This document shows, piece after piece, positions 53,296-64,000 of a DNA stretch of 64,000 nucleotides. The DNA is from Geosiphon pyriformis uo1. Lineage: Eukaryota; Fungi; Glomeromycota. Location of the stretch: positions 1,298,047-1,362,046 of the forward strand of contig JAAOMT010000664.1 of assembly GCA_016748015.1 (NCBI GenBank), given 5' to 3'. Every line of letters begins with the position of its first letter. The stretch's first letter is position 1. The position numbers were made by a program, and so were the translations under genes. The notes below the pieces were generated by a model. That model saw only the letters and a list, made by a program, of their open reading frames with translations. It was not told where the DNA came from and ran no database searches.

Positions 53296-54559
53296 CTGTT
53301 TTTGTAAAAAAATTTAATTTACTTAAAAAAAATTAAAAACAGAAACAATTTGATAGCTTTTTTTTCTGTTTCAAGAAAGTTTTTAATTAACTAATAAACA
53401 GCTATTCAAATATGAATTTGGTAATTCAAATATTCGAAATCAAATAATTATTATTCAAATAACAGAGTATAAGAGTTAAATAATATTGTTATTTTTCTCT
53501 TTAAAGAAATTTTTAAAATAAATATGATTAAAAAAATATATAATATAGACAGTATAAGTTTTAGTTGAATATTTATTTAGAATTTAATTCTAAAAGTTTT
53601 GAAATTGTTTGCTAAATTAATTTTAAACAGAAAAGCAAATCAAGCAAAAAGACAAAAAATTGAATTTAATAAAGTTTAGATTGTTTTTGTTGTATGCTTC
53701 AAAGTGTTTTTCTAATTGTTATAATAAGTATAAATAATTATTTATATAATAAAAAACAAAGTAAAATTTAACAATCTTACAAGAAATACCACTTTTATAT
53801 TATAAGTTAGATTAACAAGTTAACAAAAAACAAGATAAAACAGAATTATATAATAATAAAATTAATTAAAAGAGAATTCAATTTTAAAGAGTAAATTAAA
53901 TTAATATTAATTTAATATATAAAATTAGTCTTACAAATATCTTAGTTGTAATTTTTTTAAAAATAACAACAGAATTTAAAAATAATAATAATTTGTACTG
54001 TTAATAAAAGATAACATACTAATATAATTTTATGTCTTATATTAGGACTTTTAAAATTTAATATTAGGTATTAATTGTATTTTTAATAATATTTATTTTA
54101 TAATTTTTAAAACTAACAATTATAAATAAATATTAATAAGTAATTTTATTATAAAAATGTTCAAATACTTGAAAAAAATTGGGAAAAAAAATAATTAAAT
54201 TAAAAAAAATTGAATATTAAAAAATAATTTTTATTACTTTTATTTATATATATCTTATATATTAAAATATGCTTTTCTAAAGCTAAAAAATATATAATTT
54301 ATATAGTTATTTAAAGTAATTAATGACCAAATTAGCAACTAAGTTAATAATTAAGTTATTAATTAAGTTAATAATTAGGTTATTAATTAAATTATTATTT
54401 ATTTTCTAAAAATAAGATGGCTAATTATATAATATTAGTGGTTAATATCTGTAATAATTAATAAAAACTATGATTTTCAATTATAATAATATTTTAAGTA
54501 ATAATTTGTATATATATATATTTTATACTATTATTTTTATTTTTTAAAACAAAATCGTT

Positions 54560-57071
54560 TTGATTAATAACATATTTTATTTTTTATAATAAAAAATAAT
54601 CCTGTAAAATTCAATTATAAAATTATTAAGAGATTTTGACAACAAAATTATTAAAGTCCAATCAAAACATCTCGAAAAACTAATGTTTTTCTTTGTTTTT
54701 GTAAACAATATATAGAGCAATTTTGTAAAAATAGTCAAATTTAAGCAATTTATCATTTAGGTTATTTATAAAAAACTTTACCAAAAATTTTTACCACATT
54801 AGAAAAATTATAAATTAAAATTACTTTACTATAACAATTGAAATTAAAACACAATTTGCAAAAACATATCTTAAGATTAAAATAAGTAAACAAACTATTT
54901 ATAATAAATTTTCTTAATTTGATTATACAACTGTTTTATTAAGATATGTATCTTTATTTATCAAACAAGCCAAACAAAACTGATAGTATAGACTCAAAAA
55001 TATTCTAATTATAATTGGAATAAAGTAGTATTTTTAGATAAAACAACTTTATAAATAGTTTGAAATATTTACTTAATTTGGTCTTATTTAAGTAAACTTA
55101 TTATACCAATAGTAAAACATATATTTAAATTTTATATATAAAAAGCAATTTGTGTATATAAAAAAATTGAAATGTGTATCTTTACAAAAAATAATATGAG
55201 CTAATATTTTTATTATAAAATTCTTAATAAAAATTTATATTACAATATAATTAATATACAAAAAAATATAAAAAGTATTAAACACTTAATATAATATACA
55301 AAAAAAGCTATATATTGTAATATTATTACCAATTTAACCCATAGTTTTTTTATAATTACTTATAGTTATAATTTACAAATCAATATAAATTGTGTTTTTG
55401 TAAAACATAACAGTAGATTATATGTATATATATAAAATATTAAATATTTTTGTTATAAAAAAATTTACCACATCAAATGTGTCTTAAAAAAAAACTTTCT
55501 GAATACAAAAAAGAGAGATTATTTCAACAAAAAAGTTAGAACATACAAACAGTAAGATTTCTATGATTATTAAATATTCATATTCTTCTGTAATACATGT
55601 ATAAAGTCATATAAACTAAAAAAACTTCTTAAAAAATGAACAAACTAACCACAAATGCTTAACAAATATGCACATAAATAACTCAAATATTCAATAATAG
55701 AGAATAAAAAAACTCACTGTTAAACTTTTTCTTAAATATAATTGAATTTTATTAAAGATACCAACGAATTTATTTCTATATAAACTATTTGAAATAGATT
55801 AGTTTAAGAAGGACTTCACTTATGTATTTCTTGTCTTAAGTTATTAATTTCCAAATCAAATAAAAAAAACATTTACAATGAGCTTATACTTATGAAAATT
55901 AGACAGTAGAAAATTTTAAATGAGTTGTTTGGTTAGATGAATATACATATATACAATTAAAGTTACAAGATTTAGACATATATGGTGTAAATCTTTCAAA
56001 AAGTTTCATAAGGATTGTATTACAGCCACAGTTAGAAAAAGCTTTGGTCATATGTTTTGAAGATGTTTTTTATGGATTGGTTTGGGTTTTTTGGTTTCTT
56101 TGATTGGTCATATTACTGGAGTTATATATCACAAAATCTTGGCTAATTATATAATTCCTATAGTAAAACCTTATGTAAAAAAAACTAAAAAAAAGTTTTT
56201 TTTTCAGAAAGCCAATACACTAATTCACACATCAAAAGTTACATGTTTTTTTTTTACTTCTTCAAATATTGAATTACTTCCTTGGTCAGCACAAAGTCTT
56301 GATATTACTCTAATAGAAAATTTTTAATTATATATTAAAGTTAAAATTTGTCAATGTAATTCACAACTCTCAAATATTGTACAATTGAAACAATAGATTA
56401 AGAAAGAATAGAATGTAATACCTATAAATTACTATTATAATTTGATCAAGTCTATGCTATATCAAATTCAACTATTCTTAAAGCAAATAAAAATCAAACA
56501 AAATACTAACATGTATTTTAATATAATAATAAAAAATTAACGATTTATAAGTTAGTTTTTTTATATAACATATTATAAAAGTGTTTAATATTTTTTATAC
56601 CTCTCTGTATATAAATGACAATATTAAATTTTTCAGCATAATAATAATTCAAAACATATTTTAAAAAATGTTTACACAGATCTTAAAATATAACTACTAA
56701 ATTACATTTTATCTTGGCTATTATATAGTTTAAATCTCAATCCAATTAAGAATATTTGGGCTATTCTTAAATAAAATATTGAAAAAAAGATCAAAGCAAT
56801 AATAGTACACAAAAAAATATTTCTTAAATAATTTTTATTATAATAGTAGAAAAAAAATAGAATAATTTGTTTAATAAAATTATTTTTAATTATATTACTA
56901 GTATACAAAATCGAATTTAAGATTGTGTTAGTATAAAAAAAAGACATACTAAATATTAATTTTTTGCTTATATATTTTTTATTTATATATCTATTAAATA
57001 TTAAAATTTTAACAGAAATTATTATGTAAAAAATAAAAAAAATACTTTGCTATTACTTTTTAAAAGAACTA
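54560..57071 (+). mobile_element. Older Tc1/mariner relic split by a younger Tc1 insertion
   Basis: KVVFLDKTT (=VVFSDE) at ~55022. After the inner element: FQHNNNSKHI (=FQHDNDPKHT), SWLLYSLNLNPIKNIW (=WPPYSPDLNPIENIW) and ..RHTKY*. The left boundary is approximate. Confidence 0.7.
55259..56607 (+). mobile_element. Tc1/mariner (DD34E-type) DNA transposon, decayed
   Basis: ~27-bp TIRs (caaaaaaatataaaaagtattaaacactt vs reverse complement cagagaggtataaaaaatattaaacactt) with TA TSDs at 55257-58 and 56608-09. Transposase relic VVWLDE, HMF*RCF, FQKANTLIHTS, WSAQSLDITLIENF. Confidence 0.85.
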
Positions 57072-57199
57072 TAGTATTAAGTAACAAATTTTAAGCTTAA
57101 ATAATATTGTTAAAGTCTATTAAAAATTGATTAAATTAAAGTTTATACTGGTTTTTTTTTGTTTAATTTATCTTTATACAGTTTAATTTTTCTTTTTTT

Positions 57200-59162
57200 T
57201 TAATTTATTGTTAAGAATGCTGTTCTTTTTTATTGAAAAAAACAATTTATGCTTTTTGATTATGTTAAAAATAAAGCATTTTTAGGTATTATAGAGCATA
57301 TTAGTCTTAATAAGTTTTTGTTAATGATTAAGAATCTTTTTAATAGTAAAGCTAATAAACTGTTTGATATTTTTAATAAAATATGAAAGCATTATAGTAA
57401 ACATGGTTTAGATTTTTTTTTGTGTTTATTTAATTTGTGTCTGGTGACAAAATTGGTTTTTAATACTTAAAAAGAAATTTAAGTATTGATAATTTTAAAG
57501 TTTTATAAATAAAAAAGTGTTTTGACAAATACCAAACCAATTGTTCTTATTGAGACTATGAAAAAAAATTTTTTAAAGAATCTGTTTGATTAAATATTCA
57601 AAGTCTGTAGTAAGCACAATATTTTATATAAAAACAATTTTTTGGTTTTAAAAAGCACTTTAATTTAGTCTTTTATCTTTGCTATTGGATTTGTTATTGA
57701 AAACACTTTGAAAAAAATCAAAATGTGTAACAGATTTATGCAGATTTTAGAGTTTGTCAAAGATAGTAGTCTAGTTTTTAGTCTTCTGTCTGCTTTTAAA
57801 CATTTAGTGCTGTTGCTTATTTTTTTTGATTTGAGTTTAAACATAAAAGTAGAAATCTATGATTTGTTTTTTTTGACTTTGGTTGAAATGCAAACTATTG
57901 TATTGGCTTTTGAGTGTATTTTAGCTTCTTATTATGTTCTAATTTTTTCTAATAGTTAAATTTCTATAGATATGTGTTAAAATGAATTGAAATTAGAAGT
58001 ATTTGATTTTCATAATAAGTGTTAAATTAAGTATTATTACATTAATAATTTGGTTAAAAATAAGAACATTTTTGTAAATTAAACCAAGATAAAAAACTAT
58101 TCTGCAATAATAGACAATAAGTATACTAATAGATTGACAAATCAAATTACTTTTTTAAAACTTGTTCTTTTAGTAAATATTAAAAAAAAGTTTTTGTTGG
58201 CTGATAACAAGACAGTATTTAACAATGTTTAATATTTTATTAAATTATTATATAATATTATAAGACGTTTTTAATAAAAAATTAGATCTAATTTCAATGT
58301 AGTAAATTTTTTATTATTAATAATATTAATTAGAAGCTTATTGCTTTAGTTGGGCATTTTAATTCTTACAAAGCTACTAGATACACAAACAAATAAACTG
58401 CTAATCTATATACATACTTGATAAAAACACTACATAAAAGATTGTCTATAATTGTTAAGAAGTATTTATACAACTATAATTATCTAAACATGCTGTATAT
58501 ATGTAATAAAATAGAGTTTTTAGATTATAGTTTTGTTTGTATTCTAAATTTGTCTGTTTATTAGAAATTGTTAAATAAGTGTTTTTTTATATAAAAGTCT
58601 TTAATTAATACAATTTTGGTTTTGTTTATAGTTCTTTAATTATTGGTTTTATGTATTTTTGATATAAGTTTATATATAATTTTGTACAAAAAATTTGTGT
58701 TTAAGAATTGATTAGAGGAAACCAAAACTTTTTTCAGAAATGTTAATTTAGTCACAGTTAAATTGATTAAGTTTGTTCAAAGCTTAGTAATTGGTTATAA
58801 GGAATAAATTTAAGTGTTTAATTTGAGATTTTAAGTAAATATAAATTATAAAAATTTGTTAAGTAAAGATAACTTCTTGTTTGATATTGTTTGCAGCCTT
58901 TTTGCTAAGGTTTTAAATAATATTATTTGGTTGTTGAGAATTACAAAGAGTTATGCTATTAGTTTTGATTTAAGAATAGGTTATTTGTTTTTTACTAATG
59001 TAAATAAGAAAGTTTTTATTAATATAATTATATAGTATAATTTTAATTGGCTGAATAACTGGTTACATATAGCAAGTTTGTAATTTATATTTAATTTTGA
59101 ACTTTAAATAGTTGTATTATATTAAATAGTAATTGAACTTTACTTGTAAATGCAAATAAAAA
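57200..59162 (+). mobile_element. Internally deleted LINE relic (3' part)
   Basis: RT N-terminal relic (TNTKPIVLIETM) jumps at ~57740 to an RNase H relic (VEMQTIVLAFECI). 3' UTR relic at 59030-59160. Confidence 0.75.
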
Positions 59163-61789
59163 TTTTTTTTTCTATAATTTATCTACTTAAAACTTAATAA
59201 TAATTAGATTTAAACTTAAAATATTATTAATAATTAAATAATTTAAAACAATTTTCCCAAAAAAGTATTTTAGAATATTTAAATAATATGATTTTTATTA
59301 ACAGCAAAATTATTTATATACGTAAAAACAGCAAACTTAATATAAAAATTCAAAACAAACTAGAATTTACAAAGTTTGACAACATAATAAGTTTTTTAAT
59401 TTTAAATAAAATAAACTTAATAATATTTACATTAAAATTTATATTTAATATATTTATAACAAATATAATTTTAATATTATTAATGCATAATTATATTTTT
59501 AACAATAATAAAATCTTAATCTTAAGTTTTAAATACATTGTTTTAATAATTTTAGAAATCAGAAGTTTAAGATTGTAATAATATTAACAAAATTTTAAAA
59601 TCATAACTTTTTAAAAACAATTTTAGTTAATAAACATATTAATAACCAAATAACACTTTATATTTAATCTAAGTTCTTAGTTTTTTTGTATTTAAAAATA
59701 TTTTCAGATAGATTACTGGCTTAAATAAAATAATATTCTTAAATCAATTTTATTTAATATTATTTAAAATTTTAAAATTATATTTTTAACACTTTTTATT
59801 AATCTATTTTTACAAAAAAGTTAATTAAACATCCAAAAATTTATTTAATACCAATAAATACAGTTTTGTAATTAATATCAAAAAAATTACTTATATTATA
59901 AACTTTTTTTTTAATTATAATATTTATAAGTAATATAAAAACAAAAATATAATTAATTATTTTTATTATTATTTTTTGAATTGCTTTATATAGTAGCTTT
60001 AGTTATAAAATTATTTATTAAAAAATTTATTAAACTGAGATTTAAACACTTTTTAAAACTGATATTTTTTTAAAACTATTTTTAGTTATAAAGAAAATTA
60101 ATTTTATCAGCTTGATTTAAACATGTAATTAATAAAACATTAAAATAAAAATCCAAAATTAAAACTAAACGATTTTTTTTTAAATAATAGCCTAATTAAC
60201 AAAAAATAACCAATTATCTTAGATATTTTGTAAATATATTGAGCTAAATTATTATTTATAATAATTATAATACTAAACTTTAAATAATCAGATTCCAAAC
60301 CAGAAGTAAAAATTTATATATTAATAAACTTATTTTTAATTTTAAAACCTAATTCGATTTTTTATTATTGGCTTAATAATAATAAAAACCATATTGTTTA
60401 TTTTTTGTGTTATCTTATAATATTTTTTTGCTTGGCAAAATTGTTTATTTTTTTATATTATATATAACAATTTTTTATACTGACTTATTTATTTAAAAAA
60501 TAATATAATAGTTTTATTCTTAAAGAATAATTTACTAAATCTCAATAAAATTATAGTAACAAAGCCAAAAAGTGTTAACATATTTGTTTTTAAGTTATTT
60601 AATTAAAAAAAACAACAGCAAAAAATAAATATAAGCAAATAATATATTAACAGTTTTCTTAAAAAAACATTCAAATTTATATTAATATTTACAACTAATA
60701 TTTTAATAAATATAGTTTTAAGAAAAGAATTAATAAGAAAAAAAATAGAATTCAACTTTTAATATCAAAAAAATCTAGTTAGAAAAAATCTTTAAATTGT
60801 GTTTTAATTTGTTCAAATAAAAAGGCACTATTTATATTATATTTTAGTTATTTGAATAATAATAAAAATAATAACTTGGTTTTCAAATTTTTAAATAAAA
60901 CAAAAATTATATTAAAATCGTTTTAAGTAGGTTTTTTTGAAAAAACTTTTAATTAAAAATAAAAATAGTTTTAAATTAACCAAAAACTGGTTTATTATTA
61001 TTTATTTAAAAAACGTGTTTTATAAAATACTATTAAGCAGTTTTAACAATTCTACATATTTATTGATAAAAATACTATTAATTATTTTATAAAGTATTAA
61101 TATTAATAAATTAGCATATTAAAATACAAAATTGTAAATAAAAAATTGAGCTTAATAAAAACCTATAGATGTGGATCCATACATCTGAAAAAACAAAAAT
61201 AGATTAACTAGAACTTGGATGTGGTATCTTTCCTAAGATTCTTTCCATCCCATATTTAGCTTCTTTTTTCTTTACAAAACTGTTCGAGTTTAGCATGCAA
61301 GTCATCATCTCCACTTGTCTCTTTTATTGAATAATTAGTTGAGCTGGCCTCATTAATATATTGAGCGAGTCAGATATTCAAATGGATTTCGTTTTCAAAT
61401 TTCTTCTCTGATAGTTGATTCAAAACATTATTTTCGGACATAGGCATTATTTGTTATTTGCGCAAGGGCAATCCTTGGGCATGCATGTTCCAGATTTCAT
61501 ATATTCAATGAGTTGAAGTGTAATATCTATTGGTCATTGTTATAGCCACATTTTTAACTCTTTTTCGGGATTGTATGATTTCCTCAAATGTTTCTGGAGA
61601 TAAATAAGATGTACCTGCACAATAATATTCAGCTGTTATGCATTTCATTCTTTTTTTGTAATTGGGTATTTATAAGTAATTATATATAATATCTAATATT
61701 AATAATTTTGTTATTTATCTTATATTTTTTAAATATATCAATAAGTATGTCACTGTTATTTCCCATAATATTTATTATTATTATTTATT

Positions 61790-62681
61790 ATGGATAATGT
61801 GAAAGACCTTAAGAAAGAATTATATAACATCCTCCAAGATTCTTCAGAGATACTTGGCTATAATAGTAACTTGCGGAATAAGTATGGGGAGCGAGAAAAA
61901 GATTTTAATCGGGAGATGGAGAGGTGGGATCAGGAGAGAAAAAAATGGTGCCAGAATCTAGTGGGTGATTAAGCCGCTCCAGATTAAGATAAATTCATTG
62001 AAAGATAAGTTAGCTTCAGGCCAGAATGATCTATCTTCAGCCCAAAAGGTCTCATCGAAGAAAATAACTGAATTAGAATACATAAAAGATGAATTGACAT
62101 CAAAAGTCAACGAGTTGGAGCTATTGAAATCGGAATCTGTAATTGGAGGAGGTAATGAGGAGCAGAGGAAGCAGAGGAAGCAGAGCTTTGAGTCCTTGAC
62201 TCACCCCATTGTGCCTACAATAAAAAATATAATGAATTCCAAAGAACAGGGATTAGAGTCTCCAATTCATGATATTTCAACAATTAGCAAACCTAGAAAG
62301 AATCTTCACGAATTTTTTCACAAAAATCTTTTATACCGGATCCAGAGTAATGTTTCTTCTGATGTAACATCTTAGGATATATAGATAAAGTCTAATCTAT
62401 TACCGCCCAATAATGAAACTTCGTATCTTGTACAACAGGGAACTCATACTCCCTCTCTGATCGAGTAATCACATCCACAGATTTCAGTGGTAGGTAAAAA
62501 AGCAGTTCCTATTATAGCAAGTATTTTTATGTCACCGCTATTTTTTACCTTGTTGGTAATCGCAGTTGTGTATTATATGATCCTAAAACGTATTTGGAAT
62601 GAAAAGAAGGGTCGAGCGAAGTGGGAAGCAGAGCATCATTTCTCCAGAAATAGCTTTGAGGCTCTGCCTCTCAGTATGTAA
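61790..62681 (+). pseudogene. Intronless, frameshifted gene for a coiled-coil protein with C-terminal transmembrane helix
   Basis: ORFs 61790-61972, 61965-62375 (heptad-like, K/E-rich) and 62487-62681 (IIASIFMSPLFFTLLVIAVVYYMIL then a basic tail) are collinear. No splice sites are needed and composition is gene-like. Confidence 0.5.
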
Positions 62682-62832
62682 ATCTATATCGGATATGTAA
62701 AATCTATTTCGGGACGGGATTGATATAAATAAGATATGAAAATAGTTAAAAAATATAAAGGATCAGAGATTAATAGTATATTAATAAAGAAACTGTGGGA
62801 CTTGGATTGGCATTTCGAGGTGGATGTGTGTT

Positions 62833-62864
62833 AGCTTGCTCTAATGCCTGCATTAGAGCAAGCT
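62833..62864. other. Perfect 15-bp inverted repeat (2-nt spacer)
   Basis: AGCTTGCTCTAATGC-CT-GCATTAGAGCAAGCT, followed by TTTGTTT. Confidence 0.9.
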
Positions 62865-63122
62865 TTTGTTTACGATTGTAATATTTCTCAACGTCAGTAA
62901 TAGATGAATAAGAGGCTTCACACCCCATAAATCATTCTTTGTAAAAGGTATTTTGGCTTGGATAAAATGAAAATATCTTGGTATCCCATTCGACTCTCTC
63001 TTACTACTTGACGCGTCCATTGCTTGCTTAATTCCTCCAGAATATACAGTATTCTAATGGTATAAAAAATGTGGAATGAAAAGTTGCTAGCGCAATAAAA
63101 AAATGAGACACTTGTTTGAATG

Positions 63123-63217
63123 ACATATAAATTTTCTTTTGTAAGACTACTGATCAAATCGCCATCATGACGTCAGATGGCAGTGATCAGCAGTCTTACA
63201 AAAGAAAATTTATACGT
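63123..63217. other. 95-bp near-perfect palindrome centred on TGACGTCA
   Basis: ACATATAAATTTTCTTTTGTAAGACTACTGATCA.AATC.GCCATC.A.TGAC|GTCA.GATGGC.AG.TGATCAGCAGTCTTACAAAAGAAAATTTATACGT. Confidence 0.9.
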
Positions 63218-63701
63218 GTGTTTTTGTTTTGGGATGGCAGTTTGGAAAATTATTTTATTTTATTTCTTCTAACTCACAATGATCATTTAGCTCTTGTCAC
63301 TTATCTGACCTCAAACTTTCATAGATTTAACGCCATTGAAGGCCACTCTCAATAAGCGACCATATGAGAAGGAAGAACTTTAGCTGTAAGTCCCGTTTTT
63401 CTACCTGCTACGTATCACTTTACAATAAGAGATTCTTAACTTTTCTTTCTTTATATGGTAAATTTATCCAAGACGTCTCTATAGTATGTGCATTTAGGGA
63501 GACGATTGAAGAGTTGTCATCAAAAATTGAAGAGAAACTTGCAGTGAAGGTGCCCTCTATGTGTAATATTAATCCGACACCTAATATTTTTAAATATTGA
63601 GTTTCTATTCCTGCTAAAGCCATTCTATTTTTTTTCTTTTCAATAAACCACCTTGATGATTAGAAATATTTGGCCTGCTATTTTTTTCTCTATTCTTTTT
63701 T

Positions 63702-64000
63702 TACCCACATTGTCCATGCGGTCCTCAGACGGTGGATAATGCCTGGAAGTGTGAAGAAGAGATGTCATGCTTGTCCTCAGACAGTGACCTTTTCAACACA
63801 ATCCTGTTTACTGGTTTACCCTCAGGTGATCAGTCGGCAGAAGTGCAAGTGGAAAGATCTCACTTACCCTCAGGTGGTGAACTTTCTACTTGTAAAGGTA
63901 AGCCACCAAGTTTTGTGTGGTCCTCAGACAGCAAATTGGTGGCGAATTTTTCTCTACCCACATTGTCCATGCGGTCCTCAGACGGTGGATAATGCCTGGA
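63702..64000. repeat. GC-richer direct repeat, 253-bp period, truncated by the window end
   Basis: TACCCACATTGTCCATGCGGTCCTCAGACGGTGGATAATGCCTGGA occurs at 63702 and 63955. CCTCAG sub-motifs recur 5 times per unit. Confidence 0.8.

Noticed and set aside
53400-54400. hAT transposase C-terminal relic with TATTCGAA-like subterminal repeats
   Set aside because: Too decayed to define motifs or boundaries with confidence.
62918-63623. Spliced minus-strand gene joining ORFs 63420-63623 and 62918-63157
   Set aside because: No convincing splice path or homology, and the 95-bp palindrome interrupts it.

Overview
Eukaryotic, intron-rich, very AT-rich fungal DNA. Intron style and TE proteins suggest Glomeromycotina/Mucoromycota, possibly Geosiphon-like (inference). 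Three CpG-retaining islands sit in a sea of nested, transition-ravaged transposon relics. Island 1 (1-~3050) has the 3' end of a hypothetical gene and an intact 9-exon TRM7/FtsJ tRNA 2'-O-methyltransferase. Island 2 (~25540-31270) has an intact 21-exon DIM-2/DNMT1-family C5 DNA methyltransferase (RFTS, 2xBAH, MTase) with MCB/E2F-like motifs directly upstream. Island 3 (~61160-64000) has intronless broken ORFs, two long palindromes and a 253-bp repeat. Between the islands lie: a full-length APE-RT-RNaseH LINE with TSD and poly(A) (17812-24626) plus many older LINE copies, two Ty3/Gypsy families (one with a dUTPase), three solo LTRs with 4-bp TSDs, nested Tc1 elements, a hAT/BED relic and an 18-unit 57-bp array. 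The strongest signal is RIP-like, repeat-restricted C>T/G>A hypermutation in CpG and non-CpG contexts, surrounding a DIM-2-type methyltransferase that could plausibly cause it.
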